32,261 nucleotides of DNA from Pirellulales bacterium (GTDB lineage: Bacteria; Planctomycetota; Planctomycetia; Pirellulales; UBA1268): positions 1 to 32,261 of the forward strand of contig CAXNGP010000001.1 of assembly GCA_964201845.1 (NCBI GenBank), given 5' to 3'. The translations under genes and the position numbers were made by a program. Within the stretch, counting starts at the first letter, position 1, and every line of letters begins with the position of its first letter. The notes under the pieces are model-generated. The model was not told the DNA's origin. It searched no databases and was given only the letters and a program-made list of their open reading frames with translations. This document shows, one piece after another, positions 18,188-27,174 of this stretch.

Positions 18188-18970
18188 ATGCGTACCGGCA
18201 ACCCCACGCTCAACGCCAACACGTTCGAGAACTTCGGCGTCTACAGGCAGGACGCGACGGCCGCCCCGGCCGACGCGATGACGATCAACGGCACCGCCCA
18301 GAAGACGTTCTTTCTCCTGGTGCTGGCGCTCGGCTCGGCCTGCTTCACCTGGTCGCGGACCTTCCGGCTCGTCGAAGCCGACCCCTCGGCGGCGATCGGC
18401 TCGGTCGCCCCCTGGGTGTTTGGCGGGGCGATCGTGGGCCTGGTCGCGGCGCTGGTCATCTGCTTCAAGCACGCCTGGGCGCCGGCGCTCGCCCCGGTCT
18501 ATGCCCTGGCCGAGGGCTTGTTCCTCGGGGGCGTCTCGGCGGGCTTCGAGGCCCAGTATCCGGGGATCGTGATCCAGGCGGTGGGGGGCACGTTTGGCAC
18601 GCTCGCCTGCCTGCTCCTCGCCTACCAATCGGGGCTGATCCGAGCCACGGAAAACTTCAAGCTCGGGATCGTCGCTGCCACCGGCGGGATCGCCCTGCTC
18701 TATCTCGTCACCTTCATCGCCGGCCTGTTTGGTTTCCCGCTCTTCTCGTCGCTGTTCGGCAGCGGCATGATTGGCATCGGATTCAGCGTGGTGGTGGTGT
18801 CGATCGCCGCCTTGAACCTCGTCCTCGACTTCGACTTCATCGAGCAGGCCGCGGCCCGTGGGGCGCCGAAATATCTCGAGTGGTACGGGGCCTTCGCCCT
18901 GATGGTGACGCTGGTCTGGCTGTATCTGGAAATACTGCGTCTGCTGGCCAAGCTCAACGATCGCCGCTAG
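18188..18970 (+). CDS. Bax inhibitor-1/YccA family (BaxI_1-type) multi-pass membrane protein
   Basis: 260 aa. The N-terminus 'MRTGNPTLNANTFENF...MTINGTAQKTFFLLVLAL' is typical of the family, followed by about 7 hydrophobic segments. Confidence 0.8.
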   Translation: MRTGNPTLNANTFENFGVYRQDATAAPADAMTINGTAQKTFFLLVLALGSACFTWSRTFRLVEADPSAAIGSVAPWVFGGAIVGLVAALVICFKHAWAPALAPVYALAEGLFLGGVSAGFEAQYPGIVIQAVGGTFGTLACLLLAYQSGLIRATENFKLGIVAATGGIALLYLVTFIAGLFGFPLFSSLFGSGMIGIGFSVVVVSIAALNLVLDFDFIEQAAARGAPKYLEWYGAFALMVTLVWLYLEILRLLAKLNDRR

Positions 18971-19007
18971 CCCGTCTCTTCCGCGGGACGTACAACGAAT
19001 CCCCGTC

Positions 19008-19403
<396 letters not shown>

Positions 19404-19414
19404 AAACCAAGAGG

Positions 19415-19972
19415 ATGGTCAGTTATCTGCAGCCGTTCACGAACGCGCATGTGAGAAACGAAAACCTCCGCTCCACTGCCAACAAGGCGGCTTTACCGTC
19501 TGTTCAGGCCGAGTCCTCGCCCGTAAGGCGCTGTGTGTCCTGCTTATTGCAGCACCCGCTGGAACGATTCCGCCTTCGCCGTCGCGGAGGCGAAGCCCGG
19601 ATGCGGCAGTGCCGCCTCTGCCACAACCAAGGCGGGCAACTCCGCAGGCCGCGGGAACGCGGCTTATTGACCAAGCGGCAGTTCCACCAGTACCTCACCA
19701 GCGCCAAGAACCAGCGCACCGGCAGGAGCGTCGAGCGGGTCTATCTCGACCTCGTGCAGCAGTTCGGCGGCACCGAAGGTCTGCTACGGATGTGGACGCA
19801 CACCATCGAGAAGAACTTGGCGGTGGGCGGGGTCAAGGCATACCGCCATATTGCCTCGATCCTACGGCTGATGGAGTACCGCGAGGATGCCCAGCCGGAT
19901 AAGCCGGACGACAGCACCGTGCCGGACGAGGAGTTGCTGCACAGAATGTCTCGCGCCAAAGCGTTGAAGTGA
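19415..19972 (+). CDS. Hypothetical protein with a C-x2-C ... C-x2-C zinc-ribbon-like motif (islet cargo)
   Basis: 185-aa ORF. 'RRCVSCLLQHPLERFRLRRRGGEARMRQCRLCHNQ' is followed by a helical, charged C-terminal half. Codon usage is atypical for this window. No family was recognised and the start is uncertain. Confidence 0.45.
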   Translation: MVSYLQPFTNAHVRNENLRSTANKAALPSVQAESSPVRRCVSCLLQHPLERFRLRRRGGEARMRQCRLCHNQGGQLRRPRERGLLTKRQFHQYLTSAKNQRTGRSVERVYLDLVQQFGGTEGLLRMWTHTIEKNLAVGGVKAYRHIASILRLMEYREDAQPDKPDDSTVPDEELLHRMSRAKALK

Positions 19973-20056
19973 AAGTTGCGGGACTGGGCTTCGCTGTCTG
20001 GCTTCGTGCACCCTAAGCCACACGTGGGAGCAAAAGCGGCGTGCAGGCGACGGGTA

Positions 20057-20914
20057 TCAGCCCACAATCGGCTTGAACTGCTTCCGGTACTTCGCGGGTG
20101 TCATTCCGGTCTGGCTACTGAACAACCGCGTGAAGTGGCTCTGTGAACAGAATCCGAGATCAAGTGCTACGAGCGACAGCGGTGTCGAACTGTTCCTGAG
20201 CAATTCCAACGCTTTTACCAGCCGTCGGCGATTGACGAACCGTTCGAGGCTCAGCCCCTCGGTGCGTCGGAACTTTCTGGCACACTGGCTTGGCGAAAGG
20301 CCTACGAGCGAAGCGATTTCCACGAGGCCGATATGACGATGCATGTGAGAGTCGATGTATTCAACGATCCGATTCATGGCTAGGAGTGGAAAGACGCTGC
20401 TGTCTTCATGCCAGTCCGGCGCATACCCACCGAGGAGTTCGATGAGTCGCAAGATCAGTGCACGAGCCGCGATCTTGGAACCCATATCGTTCGTCACTCC
20501 ACAGCCTGTCGTTGAGGCGAGCCGCACCATGCAGTCTCTGAGCACCGCATCTTCGCGAGGCAGGAGATGCGGGTAATCGCTTGGGATATCCGCCTCATCC
20601 GATCCGGCAAGATCGATCAACTGCCATCTTGGTATTTTCAAGAGATACGAACTCGACGGAACCTCTCCTGAGCGGATAACGCGCGTGTGGGCTTCGTTAT
20701 CGGAGGCAAAGAAGGCGACCTGATCGAGTCCGTGACGGTAAAGCCTGTCGCGGCCTCGATGAATCCACTTCACGTCGACTGCTGCTGCAGTCCCGATCAC
20801 GAGCGTGTGGTTCGTCTCACGAGCCTCATAAACTACCGTCGTCGCTGGGGGCATCTCGAACGAGAAACCAAACCACGCACGATGCGGCACGCTCGTCAGA
20901 TGCGGTTCGCGCAA
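20057..20914 (-). CDS. AraC/XylS-family transcriptional regulator (islet cargo)
   Basis: The C-terminal double HTH is '...IVEYIDSHMHRHIGLVEIASLVGLSPSQCARKFRRTEGLSLERFVNRRRLVKALELLRNSSTPLSLVALDLGFCSQSHFTRLFSSQTGMTPAKYRKQ'. The start is uncertain: TTG 20914, GTG 20890 or ATG 20854. The ORF stays open to 21166, but that extension is not protein-like. Confidence 0.8.
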   Translation of the reverse strand: MREPHLTSVPHRAWFGFSFEMPPATTVVYEARETNHTLVIGTAAAVDVKWIHRGRDRLYRHGLDQVAFFASDNEAHTRVIRSGEVPSSSYLLKIPRWQLIDLAGSDEADIPSDYPHLLPREDAVLRDCMVRLASTTGCGVTNDMGSKIAARALILRLIELLGGYAPDWHEDSSVFPLLAMNRIVEYIDSHMHRHIGLVEIASLVGLSPSQCARKFRRTEGLSLERFVNRRRLVKALELLRNSSTPLSLVALDLGFCSQSHFTRLFSSQTGMTPAKYRKQFKPIVG

Positions 20915-21258
20915 AAGCTCCCGAGTAAACTGAACAACTCCCCATCGGTCCCCATCGGAATTGCCCGATGTTAGCGATCTGTTGGGGTATTGTAGGGTTC
21001 GCCATGGCACCGTTGGTCGGTGGCGTGGGGGCAACGGGCCTGCATCCGGAAGTTCGCGTGTCTGTTTCCTGACAAAACGATCGTGTCGCGAAAAAACCCG
21101 CCGTGGTGGCGGAAGTCGCTCGGTCGCGCGCCGAATCTGGCACCGCTGCCTCCCCAGGTTTTGCACCAGTGCTCATGAGCGAGTTTGGGGCGGTGGTCAG
21201 ATTCCGATCTCGCCGCGCAGGTACTCCAGATCCGGATCGATCAGGTCAGCTCGCGGGC

Positions 21259-22647
21259 TCAAGGAGCTGGACGCCGTCCCATCGGTCCGGGAGTGGATCC
21301 GTTTTTCAGGGGTGATGCAAAACGGCCCCAGAGCCACGCGGCCGGGAGGCCCACGATGATCGTCGCCAGCGACAATGCCGCCACCACGGGCCGCTCCCAG
21401 GCGACCGCTGCCGTCAGGATCCCTGTCCCGAGCAGATACACCGCCGGCACGACCGGGTAGCCCGGCACCCGAAACGGCCGCGGCAGATCCGGCCGCCGCA
21501 CCCGCAGCACGAACACCGCCGCGACCGTGAGCATCGAGAAGATCGCCAGCCCCACACCCGCGTAGAGCAGGATCGCCTCGAACGACGCGGTCCAGAGAAG
21601 CACGAGCGCCCAGCCCGCCTGCAAGGCCGTGGCCACGACGGGGGCGCCTTCCGACGACACCCGGCCGGCCGCCGCGGGAAAATGCCCGGCCACGGCCATC
21701 GCGGCGGCCACCCGCGGCCCGGTCAACACGTAAGCGCTCACTGACGCCAGCAGCGTGAGGCCCACGGCCACCGACAGCGGTGCAGCGATCCACGGCCCGA
21801 AGAGCCGCTCGGCGGCGAGCTGGGCGATCGGGGCCACGGCGTCGAGCCCGCGCTCGGCGACGATTCCGCGGATCTCGGCCGCAGTCAACGCCAGGGCATA
21901 GGTGACATTGAGCATGAGGTAGAGGGCCGTCACGATTCCGGTTCCCAGGAGGATCGCCCGGGGCAGCCACCGCTGCGGCTCGGCCACCTCGCCGGCCACG
22001 TAGCCGGCGGCGTTCCAGCCCGTGTAGGCATACGACACATAGACGAGCGACGAGGCCATCGCTACGGCCAGGTCGGGCGACAGTGGCGGCCGATCGACGA
22101 GGTTGCCCCACCGGCCGGCCCCGGCGGCCAGCCCGGCGACCGCGAGGCCCGTAAGAGTCGCGAGCTTCACCAGGGTCATGCCCACCTGGGTGCGGATCGT
22201 CGCACGGCGGCCGAGGCAGTGGACCAGGGACAAGCCGAGAATCACGGTCGTCGCGACCGCGAGTTCTGCTTGACGGCCCGCAGTCGCCTCGAAACCTGCG
22301 GGCGCGAGCAGATACTTCCCCGCCGCCGCCGCCGAGGCCGCGATCGGTCCGCCGAAGCCGATCAGGAACGAGACCCAGCCCGACAGAAACCCCGCCAGCG
22401 GCCCATAGGCCTCCCGCAGGAACACGTAGTCGCCTCCGCTCTCCGGCAGCATCGCGGCGAGCTCGGCGAGCGACAGCGCCCCGCACACCGCCAGGATCCC
22501 GCCCACCACCCAGAGGATGAGCATCAACTGGTTGCTGCCAACGAGCGTTACCGTGAAGCCGCTGGTTGTGAGCACGCCCGTCCCGATCATGCTCGAGACG
22601 ACCAGAAACGTAGCCGTCGCCGGCCCAAACCGGGGGGGCTGACTCAT
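21259..22647 (-). CDS. APC-superfamily amino acid/polyamine permease
   Basis: ATG 22647-22645 gives 462 aa: '[31 protein letters not shown]...' with about 12 hydrophobic segments. The 258-aa upstream extension in the track ORF (to 23421) is Arg-rich shadow. The start overlaps the stop of the upstream gene (ATGA, 22644-22647). Confidence 0.85.
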   Translation of the reverse strand: MSQPPRFGPATATFLVVSSMIGTGVLTTSGFTVTLVGSNQLMLILWVVGGILAVCGALSLAELAAMLPESGGDYVFLREAYGPLAGFLSGWVSFLIGFGGPIAASAAAAGKYLLAPAGFEATAGRQAELAVATTVILGLSLVHCLGRRATIRTQVGMTLVKLATLTGLAVAGLAAGAGRWGNLVDRPPLSPDLAVAMASSLVYVSYAYTGWNAAGYVAGEVAEPQRWLPRAILLGTGIVTALYLMLNVTYALALTAAEIRGIVAERGLDAVAPIAQLAAERLFGPWIAAPLSVAVGLTLLASVSAYVLTGPRVAAAMAVAGHFPAAAGRVSSEGAPVVATALQAGWALVLLWTASFEAILLYAGVGLAIFSMLTVAAVFVLRVRRPDLPRPFRVPGYPVVPAVYLLGTGILTAAVAWERPVVAALSLATIIVGLPAAWLWGRFASPLKNGSTPGPMGRRPAP

Positions 22648-23681
22648 GCGGCCGGACGCCGTCGCGCCGCCCGGCGCACCAGCTCGTCGGCGATCACCCC
22701 GGCCAGGATCACACCGCCGATGATCGCGAACTCCACGTTTTGATACTGCGGATGGGCGAGATTGATCATGTTGTTGAGCACGACCATCAGGGCCGAGCCG
22801 ACGAGCAGCCCGAGGATCGAGCCCTCGCCACCCCGGAGCGAGCAGCCGCCGAGCACGGCCGCCGCGATCGCGTAGAGCTCGTAGAAGTTGCCGAAGTCGC
22901 TGGGCTGGGCGGCGTTGATGTCGAGCACGAACAGCATCCCCCCGAGCGCCGCCAGCGTGCTCGAGATCACATAGGCCAAGAGCTTCATTCGCCCGGTGTC
23001 GATCCCGGAGTAGCGGGCCGCCTGCTCGTTGCGGCCGAGCGCCAACAGATACCGGCCCCAGACGGTGCGATTGAGAAACACCGCCGCCAACACCGCGATC
23101 ACGAGGAAGATCAGCGTGGTGGCGGGCAGCTCGAAGCCCCCTTCCCCGAAGATCGGAAACCGCGCGGTGGCCAGCGACCGCAGCCCCTTGTAGGCCGTGC
23201 CGAAGCCTTGCGACTGGTCCTGCGTGAGCCCGCGGGCCACGCCCCGGTAGATCAGGAGGCCGCAGAGCGTGACCACGAACGGCTGCAGCCCGAGCCTCGT
23301 CACGAGCAACCCGTGCACGAGGCCGATCGCCGCCCCGAGCAGGAGCACGAACCCCACGCCGGCGGGCACGCTCCAACCGTGCTGCACGAGCAGCCAGGGG
23401 AGCAGCACGCCCACCAGGCACACGACCGAGCCGATCGAGAGGTCGATGCCGCCGGTGATGATGACGAAGGCAACCCCGATCGAGAGGATGCCGAACAGCG
23501 CCGTGCGATGGACGATGTTCTCGAGGTTGCCCACTTTCAGGAAGTTGTCGCTGGCCAACGCCGTGTAGAGGCAGACGACCGCCAAGAGGCCGATGATGCC
23601 CAGGATCTTGGGCGACACGATACCCCGGAGGGCTCGGCAGATCGCCGGCCCTCGATCGTTCGCCATCGCCTGCTCGCTCAT
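22644..23681 (-). CDS. Sugar ABC transporter permease (RbsC/BPD_transp_2 type)
   Basis: 345 aa: '...[31 protein letters not shown]...' and '...[12 protein letters not shown]...'. ATGA overlap with the ATPase gene (23678-23681). Confidence 0.9.
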   Translation of the reverse strand: MSEQAMANDRGPAICRALRGIVSPKILGIIGLLAVVCLYTALASDNFLKVGNLENIVHRTALFGILSIGVAFVIITGGIDLSIGSVVCLVGVLLPWLLVQHGWSVPAGVGFVLLLGAAIGLVHGLLVTRLGLQPFVVTLCGLLIYRGVARGLTQDQSQGFGTAYKGLRSLATARFPIFGEGGFELPATTLIFLVIAVLAAVFLNRTVWGRYLLALGRNEQAARYSGIDTGRMKLLAYVISSTLAALGGMLFVLDINAAQPSDFGNFYELYAIAAAVLGGCSLRGGEGSILGLLVGSALMVVLNNMINLAHPQYQNVEFAIIGGVILAGVIADELVRRAARRRPAA

Positions 23682-25213
23682 GCGCTCATCCTCCCCGCGG
23701 CACCCCCGGCCGCCAACTGCATCACGTTCTCTTCGCTGAGTTCGTCACGGGAGAGCCCGCCGGCAAGCCGCCCCTCGTGCATCACCAGAGCCCGGTCGGC
23801 GAGCGACAGGATCTCCTCCATCTCGCTCGACACGAAGAGCACCGCCAGGCCTTCGCCGGCGAGCCGGTGAACGAGGTCGTAGATCTCCGCCTTGGCGCCC
23901 ACGTCGATGCCCCGCGTCGGCTCGTCGAGCAAGAGCACCTTCGGCTTCATCGCCAGCCACTTGGCGAGCACCACCTTCTGCTGGTTGCCGCCGGAAAGAA
24001 ACTGCACCGCCTGCCGGTCGCCGGGGGTCTTGATCGCCAGCGCCGGAATCATCTCGGTGGACAGCCGCCGTTCCCGGGCGAAGTCGACGAACCCCGCCCG
24101 GCTCTCGGGCCACAAGGACACCAGCGACATGTTCTCCCGTACGGCCATCTCGAGCACGAGGCCCTGCTGCTTGCGGTCTTCCGGCACGAGCGCGAGGCCG
24201 GCCGAGATCGCCTCGATCGGCGTCCGCGGCGTCACCGGCCGCCCCGCCACAGCGATGCTCCCACCCACCGCGGGAGTGACCCCGAACAGCGTCGTCAACA
24301 GCTCCGTCCGGCCGGCCCCGACGAGCCCCGCGATGCCGACGATCTCGCCGGACCGCACCTCGAACGAGATCGGATGTTTCGGGTGGGCGGGCGTCCGCAG
24401 ATCCCGGGCGGCGAGCATCACGTCGCCCGGACGATGGCTCGGCCGGCGGGCGAGCCGGTCGATGTCGCGGCCCACCATCATCCGGATCATCCGGTCGTGC
24501 TCGATTCCGGCGCGATCGGCGATCTCGCCGGCATTTCGCCCGTCGCGGAGAACGACCACGCGATCGGCGAGCTCCTTGACCTCGCCCAACCGATGCGAGA
24601 TCCAGATCACGCTCACCCCCCGCCGGCGCAGCTCCTTGACGACCCGGAAGAGCGTCTCCGTCTCCCGGGCAGAGAGGGAACTCGTCGGCTCGTCCATGAT
24701 CAAGAGCCGCGCCCGCGTGGAAAGCGCCTTGGCGATCTCGACGAGTTGTTGGCGGCCGATCGGCAGCTCGGCCAGCGGCGTCGCCGGATCGAGATCGAGG
24801 CCCACCATCGCCAGCCATTCGGCCGCCTCCCGGCGCATCGTGGCGAGATCGAGCAGCCCCAGCCGCCGTGGCTCCCGGCCCAGGAAGATGTTGCCGGCGA
24901 CGTCGAGGTTGTCGGCGAGGTTCAACTCCTGGTGGATGAGGGCGATCCCCGCCTCCAGGGCGTCTTCCACGCCGCGAAATCGCACCGGCCGGCCGGCCAC
25001 GAGGATCTCCCCCGCGTCGGGCGGCTGCACGCCCGCCAGGATCTTGAGGAGCGTCGACTTCCCCGCCCCGTTCTCACCGATCAGGGCGAGCACCTCGGCC
25101 TGCCCCACACGGAGCGACACGTCGTCGAGGGCCCGCACGCCCGGAAACCGCTTCGAGATCCCCCTCACTTCGACGAGCGGGACCTCGACGAGCGGAACCT
25201 CGGCTGCGTTCAC
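23678..25213 (-). CDS. Sugar ABC transporter ATP-binding protein with duplicated ABC domains (RbsA/MglA type)
   Basis: 511 aa. Walker A 'GENGAGKST', signature/Walker B region '...[11 protein letters not shown]', and a second domain '...[15 protein letters not shown]...[14 protein letters not shown]'. GTG start overlaps the SBP stop (GTGA, 25210-25213). Confidence 0.9.
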   Translation of the reverse strand: MNAAEVPLVEVPLVEVRGISKRFPGVRALDDVSLRVGQAEVLALIGENGAGKSTLLKILAGVQPPDAGEILVAGRPVRFRGVEDALEAGIALIHQELNLADNLDVAGNIFLGREPRRLGLLDLATMRREAAEWLAMVGLDLDPATPLAELPIGRQQLVEIAKALSTRARLLIMDEPTSSLSARETETLFRVVKELRRRGVSVIWISHRLGEVKELADRVVVLRDGRNAGEIADRAGIEHDRMIRMMVGRDIDRLARRPSHRPGDVMLAARDLRTPAHPKHPISFEVRSGEIVGIAGLVGAGRTELLTTLFGVTPAVGGSIAVAGRPVTPRTPIEAISAGLALVPEDRKQQGLVLEMAVRENMSLVSLWPESRAGFVDFARERRLSTEMIPALAIKTPGDRQAVQFLSGGNQQKVVLAKWLAMKPKVLLLDEPTRGIDVGAKAEIYDLVHRLAGEGLAVLFVSSEMEEILSLADRALVMHEGRLAGGLSRDELSEENVMQLAAGGAAGRMSA

Positions 25214-26349
25214 TTGGCCGCCGGTCGAACGAGCCGCCCGGCCCGCTCGAGCGCCTCGAGGATCAGGGGCGGGTTGTATTCGAAGAGGCCGACCATCGCC
25301 GCCACGTCGGGATGCCGCAACAGCACGTCCTCGGCATTGGCCTTGGCCTTGGCCCGGTCGAACTGGTCGGTCATCGTGCCGAGGATCTCGTACTTGCCGT
25401 CGTCGCTCGTGATCACCGCGCCGGGATCATCGCGGCGGGCGGGATCGGGGTCACGGCCGAGAATCCCGTCGATGCAGCCCTGGCGGCGCCGCTGGGAGTT
25501 GTCCTGGTCGAGCCGCCCGATGAAGAGCATCACCTTGCCGCCGGCGGGCAGGGCGTCGCGGACGAGCTTGCCGCAGATCAGTCCGGCCTCGTAGTTGTCC
25601 ATCCCGATGTAGACCTTGCGGGGCGAATCGGGCGCGTCGCTGTCGTGGGTGACGAGATTCGTGGCGGCGGCCGCCTTGGCAAGCACCTCACCCTGATTGG
25701 CCGGATTGATCGGGCTGATGGCGATCCCGGCCGTGCCCCGCGTGAGCAGGTCCTCGATTTTGCGGGTCTGGTCGGTGATCGAACTGGGCATGATCACGGT
25801 CGCTCTCACGCCCAGGTCGGCCGCGGCCTTCTCGGCGCCCGCCTTGCCGATCGTCCAGAAGTCGGCCACGCCGTTGGTGATGAAGGCGTATTCAGGCCCC
25901 TCGCCCGCCGCGGCGGCGCCGCCCCCGGCGAGCAGCTTCTTGAGCTCCTCCCGAAACACGGCCACCGGCACCACCTCGGCCCCGGCGAACTCCTTGCGGG
26001 AATCATCGGCCAGCACCACCCGGGCCGGGATATTGATGAACTTGCTCTCCGGGACCGCGTCGGCCTTGCCTTCCTTGATGGCGTGCAGCGTCTGGATGCT
26101 CTTGGCACCGTACTGAAACGGGTTCTGGACGATCGTGCCCACGACCGTGCCATCGGCGATCCCCTGCAGCACCGCCGCCGATTCGTCGAACGCGATCACC
26201 TTGACCGGCGGCAGGGACTTGGCAGTCCCGGCCCCAGCGCCGCCGCCACCACCAGCCCCGTCACGCGAGCCGCAACCCGAGGCTGCGACCGCCACCAGGG
26301 CGGCCGTCGCGAGGCCCAACAGACGGATATTTTTTAAGGACGCTTCCAT
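25210..26349 (-). CDS. RbsB-like (type I periplasmic binding protein) sugar-binding lipoprotein, apparently circularly permuted
   Basis: ATG 26349 (TTG alternative 26367). Signal peptide plus lipobox: '[17 protein letters not shown]'. See the finding for the segment order. The overlapping + strand ORF 25312-26337 is shadow. Confidence 0.85.
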   Translation of the reverse strand: MEASLKNIRLLGLATAALVAVAASGCGSRDGAGGGGGAGAGTAKSLPPVKVIAFDESAAVLQGIADGTVVGTIVQNPFQYGAKSIQTLHAIKEGKADAVPESKFINIPARVVLADDSRKEFAGAEVVPVAVFREELKKLLAGGGAAAAGEGPEYAFITNGVADFWTIGKAGAEKAAADLGVRATVIMPSSITDQTRKIEDLLTRGTAGIAISPINPANQGEVLAKAAAATNLVTHDSDAPDSPRKVYIGMDNYEAGLICGKLVRDALPAGGKVMLFIGRLDQDNSQRRRQGCIDGILGRDPDPARRDDPGAVITSDDGKYEILGTMTDQFDRAKAKANAEDVLLRHPDVAAMVGLFEYNPPLILEALERAGRLVRPAAK

Positions 26350-26504
26350 AGCGGTGTACTCCGGCAAGACAAGCGGTTTTCCCCGGCGACGAGAGTCTAA
26401 CCCGCCCGAGGAACCGCTTCAACGCGTGCGCCGCTGCGGCGGGTGGCGTTCACGTTGCCAGTTTCGACGCGCGCGGCGCCGATCCCTCGTACGCTGAATG
26501 AACG

Positions 26505-27097
26505 ATGAGCACCCATTCCAGCGGCCGCCCCCTCCCCGGTTCATCCCGCCTCACGGCCTTTGCCCGAGGCGGATTGTTGCGCTGCCCGGCCTGCGGCGCG
26601 GGACCGCTCTTTCGCGGCTGGTTCCGGATGCACGACGCCTGCCGGGCCTGCGCCGCGTCGTTCCTTCGTGAGCAGGGCTTCTACCTGGGCTCCATCTACA
26701 TCAACTACGGGGTCACGGTATCGTCACCGGCGCACTCTATGCGTTGCTCGTGCTGGTCGTGGGCACGTCCCATGAGACGGCGCTCACCGCCTGCCTGGTC
26801 GGAGCCGTAGCTTTTCCGATCCTCTTCTTCCGGTACGCGCGGAGTTTTCTCCTGGCCCTCGACGGGTCGGTGAACCGGCACCAGCAGCACGCCACGCTCG
26901 ACGCGACCGAGGGCACGGAAGCCGATCGGGCTCACCTCGCCGCGCTGACCGCCGACGACGGTCGCGCGGGCTGTGCCATGGGCATCGCCCTCGCCCTGAT
27001 CCTGCTGTTCGGCCTCGGTATGGCCGCCGTGACGATCCTGTTCGCGACCGGCACGAGCGGCCCACGGCAGCATGAAGACGCGGTCGACCTGCGGTAG
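26505..27097 (+). pseudogene. DUF983-like zinc-ribbon membrane protein with a -1 frameshift
   Basis: Frame A (26505-) reads 'LLRCPACGAGPLFRGWFRMHDACRACAASF...GFYLGSIYINYGVT'. The hydrophobic continuation 'IVTGALYALLVLVVGTSHETALTACLVGAVAFPILFFRYARSF...' lies in the frame of ORF 26744-27097. The switch falls at about 26709-26720, next to a G4 run. Confidence 0.55.
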
Positions 27098-27116
27098 ACT
27101 CCGTTCGATTCGTTCA

Positions 27117-27170
27117 CATCCGCTCGGCTCAGTGCATCCGCTCAGCTCAGTGCATCCGCTTCGGAGTCCG
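27117..27170. repeat. Three tandem 18-bp repeats immediately upstream of the gluconolactonase start codon
   Basis: CATCCGCTCGGCTCAGTG (27117-27134), CATCCGCTCAGCTCAGTG (27135-27152) and CATCCGCTTCGGAGTCCG (27153-27170), then CATC-ATG (ATG at 27175). Confidence 0.85.
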
Positions 27171-27174
27171 CATC

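Noticed and set aside
15882-18628. ORFs 15882-16619 -, 17075-18070 -, 18119-18628 - and 18127-19017 + overlapping hflK, hflC and the BI-1 gene
   Set aside because: They are antisense or out-of-frame shadows of well-supported genes, and their translations are not protein-like.
19900-21300. An attR direct repeat of the tRNA-Met 3' end marking the far border of the islet
   Set aside because: The best match I could see is an 8-nt 'ACGGGCCT' near 21034-21041, compared with 'CCGGGCCT' in the tRNA. That is too short to be meaningful at this GC content. The islet's right boundary therefore stays approximate.
25170-25199. A 15-bp in-frame tandem duplication (TCGACGAGCGGGACC / TCGACGAGCGGAACC) giving '[10 protein letters not shown]' at the ABC ATPase N-terminus. 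A similar 18-bp duplication at 28439-28474 encodes 'PPVAPKPPVAPK' in the peroxidase tail.
   Set aside because: The duplications are real, but they are small slippage events in non-catalytic termini. Nothing indicates functional significance.
21197-26337. ORFs 21197-22486 -, the 258-aa N-terminal extension of 21259-23421, 22740-23870 +, 23745-24818 -, 23777-25594 +, 23892-25412 + and 25312-26337 +
   Set aside because: They are shadow frames of the transport operon. The real genes have Walker motifs, TM patterns and 4-nt coupled junctions. The alternatives are Arg-rich nonsense.
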